DNA of 64,000 bases from the human T2T-CHM13v2.0 reference genome, Homo sapiens, in assembly GCF_009914755.1 (NCBI RefSeq), contig NC_060930.1; one strand, given 5' to 3'. Position 1 is the first letter of the stretch. Each line of letters opens with the position of its first letter. Positions 17,593 to 34,344 of this stretch are shown in pieces. Under the pieces are notes generated by a model. The model was not told the DNA's origin and searched no databases. It worked only from the letters and a program-made list of their open reading frames with translations. A program made the translations under genes and the position numbers.

Positions 17593-20214
17593 CTGGTGAC
17601 AGAAAAAAATTTTTAAAATCCAGTAAAATCCAGAAAATTAATATGATATCAAGTAATCCAGAGCACAAAATACAAAGGCAACTTAAATACTAGAAAACTG
17701 ATAGAAGATTCTACTCACTGTAGAAATTAACTAGTATCTATAAGACACTAATATTGTTATATTCTACATAAGTCTGTCCTATGTGCACAATGCTTACATG
17801 ATATTTTTTCATCCATTATGGCTATAATCATTGATTTTAAAAGATTAATTATAAAAATCCATGACTAAAATCTATAAATGCTATGCTTTTATAGATTCTG
17901 AAATGTAAGTTCATTATTAATGGTGATAAAGATGCAAATAAAATTATTGATCTGTAAAGTTTGAAAAACATAGAAATAAAAAGGGTATAGGTAAAAATAC
18001 AGCAGTCTAAATAAAATGCAATAAGGCACAAGAAAGACTGGCTTTGATTATTCCATTTATCATGTCTTCTTCCTGTAACAAAATTTTTAAACATATCTAA
18101 TACATGGAAACATCTTGTAAGCAGTACTGTGTTGTTTTACCTCTCATCATCCATAGAATTACATGGACCACATGACAGGTGGTAAATGGTGTGTTTCTTA
18201 AATATGACTTTAGCATATTAAGGTTATTTTACTTTTCAGTCATATTTTGGCTAGCTAACTATGGGCAAATAAAAACTCTAAAATATATGAGGAAAGATTA
18301 TTTATTTATTTTTCAAATATCCTTTTTTTTTTGAAGGAGCTTACAAAAAGGAAAAATAAGGTTCATAGAGTAGAGGAGAAATAGAAAATTCAGACATAGA
18401 ATTAAAAATATGAAAAATGTGAAAAGGTTTAGCAGCGAGCCACAAAGATGAATAATTGTTGGAAACTAAGGCTAATGGGGAAAAGTTTAAAGAACTGAGA
18501 ATTTTAGCTAAACTGAGATAAAGAAAGCACCATGTCCCTCTCCAATTTATTTCTCTGACAACTTTACTAATTCCATTTCTAAAGAATCCACTGAAGAAAA
18601 AAATTACACTTAGAGGAGAGCAAAAGAAAGGGTTTACAATATACTATAAACGACTTAAGTTTGTCCAAACAAGAAAAATCAATTCTTTGTGTGGAAGAAG
18701 GTATTAATACAAAAGATGAGTGTGACTTGTCAGCAAAGTAAGACTAGCTTTCTCCAGAAGTTGACATATAACACTCAGGAATGAGGCTGTGCATTGTTGA
18801 TTTTAAAGGAATCGGAGGACAGAAAGGACAGAAACACTATCATCTAATGAATTTGAATCCTGAGAAAGCTTTCAGTGTCAGCTCTGCCCCGACTGATTCA
18901 AGAAGCCAGCCTGTACCGGTACAAACTGAAACTAAAGGAAAGGAGGGGAGGGTTTTTCAATTGCTTTTTAGGAGTCTCAATGGATAACTGGAGTTGAAGG
19001 ATAAAAAAGATCTTCAGAGCAGTCATCTGCATTTGGAAACTAAGGTAAAGATGAGAGAGATGGCTGCTATTCACGTTGAGTGAAGGCCCATGATTACATA
19101 CTTGGCTAGGAAAACAGAATATTACATGTCCTACTTATCAATAAAGTACTCTTAAGTTCATCTACACTGGGTTTCTAGTGATTTCTGGACATGGCAGGGC
19201 TGTACATAAAGATGGTTGGTCTTTAGCATCAGTAAGGGAAGGCACAGATTCACATCAGGAAATTAATCTCAAATATCTTCATCAGTCCTCTAAATACCTG
19301 TGTCCCAATACATTGTAAAAGGTCAGACTAATCCCCCATATCCTCTTTCTACTGTAAAATATGATGGGATATAATGCTCAGAATCAAGGAAACATCTCCC
19401 TGAGGAAACAATCATGTCTTTTTTAAAATTTCCTTTTGCTTAATATAACCTTTGTTAGGCAAGATAGGGAAATTTTAAAGGATACGTACAAAAGTAGTTC
19501 CTATTTAATCATAATTAACCAGAAAGTATATTAAACACTACATTACTTTTCAGTTGGAGTGTTTACAGTAAAAGCTAATCATGTCACTTAAGTATGTGAG
19601 AGAGAATTGAAGAATCTTTCTGACAGACTTTAGAGTGAATGTTTCATTTAAAGTGATAAAGGAAACTAATTATTCAAAATTTTTCAACCTTGTTTTTGTG
19701 AAAATATAGAACACAATTGATTATGGCTAAATGATGTAACTTATGGTATATAGAACACAACTTAAAAAATGATTTCCTTATCATGTGCCCTATGGCAATT
19801 CTGCTTATGGGTCGAGCTGATAGATACTATGGCCATTATTTTTTTGTCTGTGGAATAAATTAATTTTTAAATGTTTTTCAAATGTAAATTTAAATATGTA
19901 CAGTGTATTCATTCAAATGACTGTACATACCTGAGATGGAAAATATCTGGAATGAAACATTCATTAAAATTCAATGGGCTAACTTCATTTAAGAACCAAA
20001 GAACAGACTGCACTTCATTCTGTTATAATGTTTACAAAGTGTTTCTTTAAATTTCAATAGCATCTGTTGGATGATTATGTGGCTTTTGATATCTTTCCTG
20101 ACTTATTGCAGAAAAATGCAATATTTTTTTTTTGTGGACATGTTTGGCAGTATATATCCATAGCCAAGTATGTAAGAGGTACAGTAAAAACTTCTGCAAA
20201 GATAAATTTGTATG

Positions 20215-20620
20215 GGTATTAGTCAGTGTTGTTGGTTTTATACAACAGAAATTGGTGTAGGTTCCTGAGAAGGTAAAAGGAAAGGATTGTATAGCTATAA
20301 GAAGGAACTTTGAATTCAGAAAACTGGAGAACTCTGCTTGCACCAGAACCACAGCATTATGAGTGTGGCTACCCCAGCCTTCTAACACTGTAATTAATTC
20401 TAAAGTGTTCCATTCTTATGTAACTGGCACCAGAGTTAAAATTCCAGGTGGTAGTATCCAATTGGCAGAGTTTAGATAACTAGCCTAGGTGCCATAGTTT
20501 AGAGACAGCCAGTATAAACTCATTTAGTCTATAGTGAAATCTAGAACCCTGCCTTTCACCAGACTTACAGAGTGGTTTATTGCCCTAATTTAGGAAGGGG
20601 TCTCAAATGCGACACTGCTC
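20215..20620. mobile_element. Possible ancient MLT1-type (MaLR) LTR relic
   Basis: GTATTAGTCAGTGTTGTTGGTTTTATACAACAGAAA and ATCCAATTGGCAGAG resemble old MLT1L/N LTR motifs; highly diverged. Confidence 0.35.
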
Positions 20621-22229
20621 CCAAAAATTAAAGCTACTGAAATATTTAACTAAGTTGAAACTATTAAGGAATGTGAATTACAAAAATTGTGAACAATGAA
20701 CATATATTTTAAAAAATGCATGTTAATTTCCAACAATATTTCCTAATAAGGCTTCTTTTAAAAAGACATTTTGCAGCATATACATACTTTTATAATAAAG
20801 TATATGAAAACATATGTGTGCCTGTGTCTTTGAGTATGTTATATTGCACTTCATCTTAAGTCAAGATTTATTTTGTTCCTGGGACATTTATTTGATAAAT
20901 TATTACAGTCCCTTTGGGTCTGTTATTATATGTGTGTTTTATTTTAATAGTTTTATGACATCTAAACTAGAAGACTATAAAACAGATTGTTTTAAAATAG
21001 ATTCTGTGCCATGATTTGGGGTTTTGGCAGTATTAAATGATTAAAGTATTTAAACCTTGAAAATTACTATGCATTATCTAAAATAAAGTATTTAAATGAG
21101 TAAAATTCTGTGTGGAGCTTGATTTACTATTCAAATTGTTTTGTGAATGGTGTTCTTTACCTAAGAGCTAGTTCCTGAGAAATGATACACAGTGTCTTGA
21201 TAAAGGGATAATATTAGATTGTAAACATCTTACATAATAAAGACATTGTTGCAAACTGGCAATGGTATTTGCCAGCACTTGCCAGTATAGCAATGTTATG
21301 TTGTACTTAGAAATTAACCCTTAGAGGGGGAGGAGCCAAGATGGCCAAATAGGAACAGCTCCAGTCTACAGCTCCCAGCCTGAGCAAGGCAGAAGACGGG
21401 TGATTTCTGCATTTCCATCTGAGGTACCGGGTTCATCTCACTAGGGAGTGCCAGACAGTGGGTGCAGGTCAGTGGGTGTGCGCACCGTACATGAGCCGAA
21501 GCAGGGCGAGGCATTGCCTCACTCGGGAAGCACAAGGGGTCAGGGAGTTCCCTTTCCTAATCAAAGAAAGGGGTGACGGACGGCACCTGGAAAATCGGGT
21601 CACTCCCATCCGAATACTGGCTTTTCTGACGGGCTTAAAAAAGGCGCACCACGAGATTATATCCCACACCTGGCTCAGAGGGTCCTACCCCACGGAGTCT
21701 CGCTGATTGCTAGCACAGCAGTCTGAGATCAAACTGCAAGGCGGCAGCAAGGCTGGGGGAGGGGCACCCACCATTGCCCAGGCTTGCTTAGGTAAACAAA
21801 GCAGCCGGGAAGTTCGAACTGGGTGGAGCCCACCACAGCTCAAGGAGGCCTGCCTGCCTCTGTAGGCTCCACCTCTGGGGGCAGGGCACAGACAAACAAA
21901 AAGACAGCAGTAACCTCTGCAGACTTAAATGTCCCTGTCTGACAGCTTTGAAGAGAGCAGTGGTTCTCCCAGCACACAGCTGGAGATCTGAGAATGGGCA
22001 GACTGCCTCCTCAAGTGGGTCCCTGACCCCTGACCCCTGAGCAGCCTAACTGGGAGGCAGGCTCCAGCAGAGGCACACTGACACCTTACACTGCAGGGTA
22101 CTCCAACAGACCTGCAGCTGAGGGTCCTGTCTGTTAGAAGGAAAACTAACAAACAGAAAGGACATCCACATCAAAAACCCATCTGTACATCACCATCATC
22201 AAAGACCAAAAGTAGATAAAACCACAAAG

Positions 22230-23246
22230 ATGGGGAAAAAACAGAACAGAAAAACTGGAAACTCTAAAACGCAGAGCGCCTCTACTCCTCCAAAGGAACG
22301 CAGCTCCTCACCAGCAAAGGAATAAAGCTGGATGGAGAATGACTTTGACGAGCTGAGGGAAGAAGGCTTCAGATGATCAAATTACTCTGAGCTATGGGAG
22401 GACATTCAAACCAAAGGCAAAGAAGTTGAAAACTTTGAAAAAAATTTAGAAGAATACATAACTAGAATAACCCATACAGAGAAGTGCTTAAAGGAGCTGA
22501 TGGAGCTGAAAACCAAGGCTCGAGAACTACGTGAAGAATGCAGAAGCCTCAGGAGCCGATGCGATCAACTGGAAGAAAGGGTATCGGCAATGGAAGATGA
22601 AATGAATGAAATGAAGCGAGCAGGAAAGTTTAGGGAAAAAAGAATAAAAAGAAACGAGCAAAGCCTCCAAGAAATATGAGACTATGTGAAAAGACCAAAT
22701 CTATGTCTGATTGGTGTACCTGAAAGTGACGGGGAGAATGGAACCAAGTTGGAAAACACGCTGCAGGATATTATCCAGGAGAACTTCCCCAATCTAGCAA
22801 GGCAGGCCAACATTCAAGTTCAGAAAATACAGAGAACGCCACAAAGATACTCCTCGAGAAGAGCAACTCCAAGACACATAATTGTCAGATTCACCAAAGT
22901 TGAAATGAAGGAAAAAATGTTAAGGGCAGCCAGAGAGAAAGGTCGGGTTACCCTCAAAGGGAAGCCCATCAGACTAACAGCGGATCTCTCGGCAGAAACT
23001 CTATAAGCCAGAAGACAGTGGGGGCCAATATTCAACATTCTTAAAGAAAAGAATTTTCAACCCAGAATTTCATATCCAGCCAAACTAAGCTTCATAAATG
23101 AAGGAGAAATAAAATCCTTTACAGACAAGCAAATGCTGAGAGATTTTGTCACCACCAGGCCTGCCCTAAAAGAGCTCCTGAAGGAAGCGCTAAACATGGA
23201 AAGGAACAACCGGAACCAGCTGCTGCAAAATCATGTCAAAATGTGA
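22230..23246 (+). pseudogene. L1 ORF1p with in-frame stops
   Basis: ATGGGGAAAAAACAG at 22230, 1017-nt span; premature TGA, TGA and TAA (about 22374, 22677, 23004). Confidence 0.93.
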
Positions 23247-23309
23247 AGACCATCCAGACTAGGAAGAAACTGCATCAACTAAGGAGCAAAATAACCAGCT
23301 AACATCATA

Positions 23310-27130
<3,821 letters not shown>

Positions 27131-27374
27131 ACAATGAGATCACATAGACAAAGGAAGGGGAACATCACACTCTGGGGACTGTTGTGGCAGGGGGGAGGAG
27201 GGAGGGATTGCAGTGGGAGATATACCTAATGCTAGATGACGAGTTAGTGGGGGCAGCACACCAGCATGGCACATGTATACGTATGTAACTAACCTGCACA
27301 ATGTGCACATGTACCCTAAAAGTTAAAGTATAATACTAATAAATAAATAAATAAAAAAGAAATTAACCCTTAGA

Positions 27375-27718
27375 ATTCCAGTGACTTACCAAAACAAACA
27401 TTTGTTTAGGCACATAACACATGCTAATGTGGCGATCAAGTGGAGTCGTACATCTGTGCTTCCTATAGTTTCTCAAGGGCTTAGATTGACAGAAATACCA
27501 CCATACGCATTTTCTGGAATATGCAACCGTTTTGCTTGCCACAAAAGAGGGAATTAAGACTGAAGCATTCTTTATGGGCTTTTGACTGCGTCAGCCTGGA
27601 AATTATATGCTTATTCTTCAATTTCATTGGTAAACACAATCACATGACTTTGCAAGGAAGGATGGGAAATGCAGGGGTGTAAATAGACTATTTGGTGAGT
27701 ATTATTGTCTCCACTACA
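27375..27718. mobile_element. MLT1J/K-like LTR relic; L1-B inserted into its end (other part about 21280-21308)
   Basis: GTTATGTTGTA...AACCC|CAGTGACTTACCAAAACAAACATTTG and TTTCATTGG...CACATGAC...TATTTGGTGAG...CTCCACTACA resemble MLT1J/K. Confidence 0.5.
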
Positions 27719-29524
27719 GACAATTTTATATTTTCTTTATCATGTCAAGTTACCGTCTTGACTTTTAAAGACTTCTAAATTTGATTTTTCCTTAAATAAC
27801 TACATTTAAAGCATATGTTTAATGCCATTAGAAGGAAGCATTTAGCAGCAAGGATTTTAGCTCTCCAATTATTATATTGTCCTATAGCTGGATAAGTGTT
27901 CTTTACAAACTTCTAGTATAATTTGAAGAATCATGTACAAGATAAAAAAATCCACACAAAAGAAGAAATATTATTGTTTTCAGATAATAACAGCTATACA
28001 AATTAAAAGTTTTACTTTTAAAGTGGCACTAAATACAGTATTCTCATAATAATTTCTTTTAATCTTAATGTATATAATTGTATATAACTATATATAGAGT
28101 CATATAGAAAAAAACAATGAGAAAAGACACATGATAAATTCAGAATGCAAACAGAAAATATCAAAAAACATTTAAAACAGAAAACTTTTTCTTGATGGTT
28201 CTTCCCACCACCTTATTTTCACACTGTTCTATTCTATGTAGTACATATCAAAACTTAGATACATGGAAAAGGCATGATTTTTTTAAATGGAGAACATAAA
28301 TGCCTGTTGAAAAATGATCAAGATTCATAAAACAGAGAGGAAACACACCAAATGAATAAATCAAGTAGAGGTAAAAAAAATTAACATTAGTTTTAAAAAT
28401 ACTCTCAAATATAAACACATGATTTGCTTATTATATTATAAAAATATGCATACACATTATGTATAAAATATATTTGCATATATACACATGTATACATATA
28501 TGTACTACATATTTGGTGCGTATCTATACGAGCATATGTGTGTATGTGTATATTATATATATAGAGAGAAAGAGTTGGCCTACTCCCAATTTTCCAAATT
28601 TTTTTGAAAATATGTAATCTCAGAAAGTAATAAATTTGAAAAATATAACATTGCTAAAGTTTTCAAAACAAATATGATGCATCATGATAAAATACACATA
28701 CACACATATACAATATAGTGCTTTATTTCAAATTACCTATATTCTAAATAATCAGTAAGCAAGATTTATAATAAGATATGTGAAAGGAAATTGAGTTTGG
28801 CTCCTAAAAGCTGTATTATTTGTCTGCGCTCCTAAAAGCACAAACAAAATAGATAAGTGAATAAGTCTAGTTTTTAAAATTCCCTTTGACTTGAAGAACC
28901 AGATTCCTTAATGGTGGCAGGAAGGCAGTACAGCTTGCATTAGAGAAGTCTGGGTTTCATCTTGGGAGGAATTATTTACCAGATTCAGTATTTAAGCATA
29001 AATTTCATGAAGATTCATGAGCAAAAATAAATATTGTGAAGGAAGCTACTGTGTTAGGAATATTCGTTTACAACTCTGTTTAAGATTCAAAATGATCTTG
29101 AAATGGACCCTTGATATGGCCTGGGCAAAAACAATGAGGCCCTGATTCACTTTATACCATTGCCAGTGTAAAAGGGACATCATTTAGGAGAAATCGTCAT
29201 AAAGTAGAAACAACAATAGAAAGCTGAAGTGTGGGGAAATCAGAATGTGTTATTCAAGACTAATTAACTAATAGTATTGGGCACAACTGGCAGCAGTAAG
29301 AAAGTGAAGCTTACAGGGTGGGATATGTGAACATAAGGTAGGAAGGGTATAGGGGAGATAAGGCAATGGAGTTCAGATTTAAGTCAGTCTGTCCAGTGAA
29401 GGTAGCTGATGTAATAGAAGATGATATTTTCAAGAAATAGAACCTAGTGAAGAGAGAGAAGAAACTGCCATGGGAAAACACAATATGTCATAATACAGGG
29501 AATATAAAAAATAAGACAGTAAAG

Positions 29525-29683
29525 AAGACACTTTAGAGCAAAGCGGCGATAGGATTACATTCAGATGTTTTCAATTACTGTGTTATCTTGGGAAACCTAC
29601 TATGCTCTCTGAGACTCATTTTCTCAATTTGGAATAGTGAATAAGTTTAATCTACAGGATTGTTATTAGAATTAGATATAATA
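29525..29683 (+). mobile_element. MIR fragment
   Basis: CTGTGTTATCTTGGGAAACCTAC...CTCTGAGACTCATTTTCTCA...ACAGGATTGTTATTAGAATTAGA. Confidence 0.6.
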
Positions 29684-30903
29684 CAGGGAATAGCAAGATG
29701 GTGAAACAGAAAACTCCATCATTCATCCACAAGGACACCAAGTTAACAACTACCTACACAGAAAAAACACCTTCATAGGAACCAAAAATCAGGTGAGTAT
29801 TCATGGTACCTGGTTTTAACTTCATAAAAGAGGCACTGAAGAAGCAGAAAATATAGTCTTGAATCATCGATGCTGCCCTTTCCCCATCCCTGGCAGTGTG
29901 GCATGGTATGGAGAACATCTCTGGGCACTGGGGGGCGGGAAAGAATACAGCAATTGTGAGGCATTAAACTCCATCCTGTCCTGTTAGAGCGGAAAGGAAA
30001 ACCAGACCAAACTCAGCTGATGCCTGCCCACGGAGGGAACATTTTAACCAGCGGGATCACCTGGGAACTTGAGTTCCCACAATCCTCATCACTGCAGGCT
30101 ACAGCACTCTGTGTCTCCAAGTAAACTTGAAAGGCAGTCTAGGCCATAAGGACAGAGATTTGTCAGTTGAGTCCCAGTGTTGAATTAGGCCCAGAGACAG
30201 TAGACTGTGGGTGGGGAGGAGACACAACATACTGAGAAGTCAGCTGGGGCAGCCAAGGGAGTTCTGCACTGTGCCTCCCCTAACCCAGCTGCACAGGTCA
30301 CAGCTCCAAAAGAGAACCCTTCCTTCTACTTGAGGAGAGGAAGAGGAAGAATGGGGAGGGCTTTGTCTTGCATCTAGAATATCAGCCCAGCCACAGTAGG
30401 CTAGGGCACCAATCAGAGATGTGAGACCCCTGTTCCAGGCCCTAGCTCCTGGACAACATTTCTAGACACACCCTGGGCCAGAATGGAACCCACTGACTTG
30501 AAGGAAAGGAACCAGACTTGCCAGTATTCATCACTTGCTAACTGAAGAGCCCTTGGGCCCTGAATGAATAGGAGCCATACCCAGGTACTACATTGAGGGC
30601 CTTGACTGAACCTCAGACTTGTGGACTTCAGGTGGGACTCAGCACATAACCAGCCACAGTGAGCACTGAGCAAAACTCCTGCTTGAGAAAAGCAAAGAGA
30701 AAAGTAAAGGAGACTTTGTCTCGCACCTCAGGTACCAGCGAGGCCATAGGGGCATAGAGCACTAAGCCAGCTCTTGGGGGTCTCCAGTTCCAGGGCTTGA
30801 CTCTTGGACTGCATTTCTGGACCTGTCCTGGGCCAGAGTTGCCCTGAAAGATGAGTTGCAGAACAGGCAGCATTCACCACAAGCTGACTTAAGAGACCTT
30901 GGG

Positions 30904-31186
30904 AGTTTTTAACATGAAGGGATGTTGAATTTTATCAAAAGGCTTTTCTGCCTCTATTGAGATAATTATGTGCTTTTTGTCTTTAGTTCTGTTTATGTGA
31001 TGAATCACACTTACTGATTTGCATACGCTGAACCAGCCTTACATCCTGAGGATGACGCCTACTTGACCGTGATGGATACGCTTTTTGATGTGCTGCTGGA
31101 TTCAGTTTGCCAGTATTTTGTTGAGGATTTTTGCATCAATATTCACCAAGGATATTGGCCTGAAGTTTTCTTTTCTTTCTCTCTCT

Positions 31187-31217
<31 letters not shown>

Positions 31218-31727
31218 GGTATTTCTGCCAGGTTTTGGTAACAGGATGATGTTGATGTTGGCATCATAGAATGAGTTATGGAGGGGTCCTTCCTTTTCAG
31301 TTTTTTGGAATAGTTTCAGTAGGAATGGTACTAGCTCTTCTTTGTACCTGTGATAGAATTCAGTTGTGACTCTTTCTGGTCCTGGGCTCTTTTTAATTGG
31401 TAGGTTATTTATTACTGCCTCAAATTCAGAACTAATTACTGATCTATTCAGCGATTTAATTTCTTCCTAGTTCAGTCTTGGGAAGGTGTTTGTGTCCAGG
31501 AATGTATCCATTTCTTCCAGATTTTCTAGTATATGTACAGAGAGGTTGTTTATAATATTCTCTGATGGTTGTATTTCTGTGGGGTCAGTAGTGTTATCTT
31601 CCTTAACACTTCTGATTGTGTTTATTTGACTCTTCTCTCTTTTATTTTTTATTAGTCTAGCTAGTAATCTATCTATTTTATTAATTTTTTCAAAAAACCA
31701 GCTTCTGGATTTACTAATTTTTGAAGG

Positions 31728-31768
<41 letters not shown>

Positions 31769-34344
31769 TCCAGCTCCTTCAGTTTAGCTCTGATCTTGGT
31801 TATTTCTAGTCTTCTGCTACTTTTGGAGTTTGTTTCCTATTGGTTCTTCAGTTCTTTTAGTTGTGATGTTGGGTTGTTAACATAAGATCTTTCTAGCTTT
31901 TGTACGTGGCCATTTTGTGCTATAAATTTTCCTTTTAATCCTGCTTTAGCTGTGTCCCAGGGATTCTCGTACATTGTGTCTTTGTTCTCATTCTTTCAAA
32001 TAACTTCTTGATTTCTACCTTAATTTCATTATTTACCCAAAAAGTCATTCAGGAGCAGGTTGTTCAGTTTCCATGTAGTTACATGGTTTTGACTGAAATT
32101 CTTAATCTTGAGTTCTAAATTGATTGTGTTTTTGTCTGAGAGACTACAGATATCGAAGGAACATACCTCAAAATAATAAGCACCATATATGACAAACCCA
32201 CAGGAAATATCATACTGAATGGGCAAAAGCTGGAATCATTCCACTTGAAAACCAGCACAAGACAAGGTTACCCTCTCTCACCACTCCTATTCAATGTAGT
32301 ATTGGAAGTTATGGCCAGGGCAATCAGGTAAGAGAAAGAAATAAAGGGTATTTAAATCGGAAGACTGGAAGTAAAACTTTGTTTGCAGATGACATGATCC
32401 TATACCTAAAAAACCCCATCATCACAGCCCAAAATTTTCTTAAGCTGATAAGCAATTTTAGCAAAGTCTCAGGATACAAAGTCAATATGCAAAAATCACT
32501 AGCATTTCTGTACTGCAACAACAGACAAGCCAAAAGTCAAATCAAAAATGAACTTCCATTCACAATACTGACAAAAAGGAGAAAATACCTAGGAATACAG
32601 CTAACAAGAGAAGTGAAGGACTTCCTCAAGGATAACTACAAACCACTGTTCACAGAAATTATAGGAGACACAAAACAAATTGGAAAACAGTCCATGCTCA
32701 TGGAGAGGAATAATTATCCTGTCAAAACAATTTATAGATTCAGTGCTATTCCCATTAAACTACAATTGACATTTTTTCACAGAACCAGAAAAAAACTATT
32801 TTACAATTCATATGGAACAAAAACAAACTCTGAATAGCTAAAGTAACTCTAAGCAAAAAGAACAAAGCTGCAGGCATCATGCTACTTGACTTCAAACTAC
32901 ACTACAGGGCTACAGAAACAAAAACAGCATGGTACTTGTATGATAACAGACACATATACCAATGGAACAAAATATAGAACCCAGAAATAAGACTGCACAC
33001 CTACAACCATTGATCTTCAACAAACCTGACGAAAACAGGCAATGGGGAAAGAATTCCCTATTTAATAAATGGTGCTGGGAGAACTGGCTAACCATATGCA
33101 GAAAACTGAAACTGGACCCCTTCCTTACACCATATACGAAAATCAACTCAAGACAAATTAAAAACCTAAATGTAAAACCCAAAACTATAAAATCCTTCGA
33201 AGAAAACCTAGGCAATGCCATTCAGGACATAGGTACAGGCAAAAGTATCATGAGGAAGATGCCAAAATCAATTGCAGCAAAAGCAAAAATTGTCAAATAG
33301 TATCTAATTAAACTAAAGGGCTTCTGCACAGCAAAAGAATTTATTAGCAGAGTAAACAAACAAGTTACAGAATGGAAACAAATTTTGCAATCTATCCATC
33401 TGACAATGGTCTAATATTCAGCATCTATAAGGAACTTAAATACATTTACAGGAAAAACAAACAACCCCATTAAAAAGTATGCAAAGGATATGAACAGACA
33501 CTCCTCCAAAGAAAACATACATGCAGCCAAAAAAACATGAAAAGAAACTCAACATCACTGACCATTAGAGAAATGCAAGTCAAAACCACAATGAGATACC
33601 ATGTCATACCAGTCAGAATTGCTATTACTAAAAAGCCAAAAAACAGCAGATGCTGGCAAGGTTTTGGAGAAAAAGGAACACTTTTTTACTGTTGGTTAGA
33701 GTGTGAATTAGTTTAACCATTGTGGAAAACTGTGGTAATTCCTCAAAGACCTAGAGGCAGAAATACCATTCAACCCAGCAATCCCATTACTGAGTATATA
33801 CCAAAAGGAATATAAATCATTCTATTATAAAGACACATGCATGCATATGTTCATTGCAGCACTATTCACAGTAACAAAAACATGGACTCAACCTAAATGC
33901 TCATCAATAATACTCTGGATAAAGAATATGTGTACATATACACCATGGAATACTATGCAGCCATAGAGAGGAATGAGGTCATGTCCTTTGCAGGGACATG
34001 GATGGAGCTGAAGGCCATTATCCTTAGCAAACTAATGCAGGAACAGAAAATCAAATATCACATGTTCTCTCTTATACGTAGGAGCTAAATCATGAGAACA
34101 CATGGACACAAGGAGGTGGGAAACATCACACACTGTGTCTTGTCAGAGAATGGGGGCTTGTGGGGAGGAGTGAGGGCATAAGGAAGAATAGCTAATGGAT
34201 GCTGGGCTTAATACCTGAGTGATGGGATTATCTTTAGAGCAAACGAGCATGGCACACTTTTACCTGGGAAACAAACTTGCATATCTTGTACATGTCCCCC
34301 TGAACATAAAATAAAAGTCAAAAATTTAAAAATAATAATAAAAG
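30904..34344 (+). mobile_element. 5'-inverted (twin-primed) L1PA, about L1PA13-16
   Basis: 30904-32145 is antisense ORF2; 32146-34344 is sense ORF2 plus 3' UTR; 13-bp TSD AAGAGACCTTGGG at 30891-30903 and 34345-34357. Confidence 0.92.
31731..31767. repeat. (TG)18 microsatellite inside the inverted L1 segment
   Basis: Read directly from the sequence. Confidence 0.97.

Noticed and set aside
17849-20388. 60-113 aa ORFs in unique AT-rich DNA (also 46371-46679, 50585-50791 and others)
   Set aside because: Low-complexity composition rich in I/L/F/Y, no recognisable domain, and lengths expected by chance.
21685-21774. Intact antisense ORF0 in L1-B
   Set aside because: The ATG is present, but a 1-bp deletion (TACCCCACGG) gives a stop after about 29 codons.
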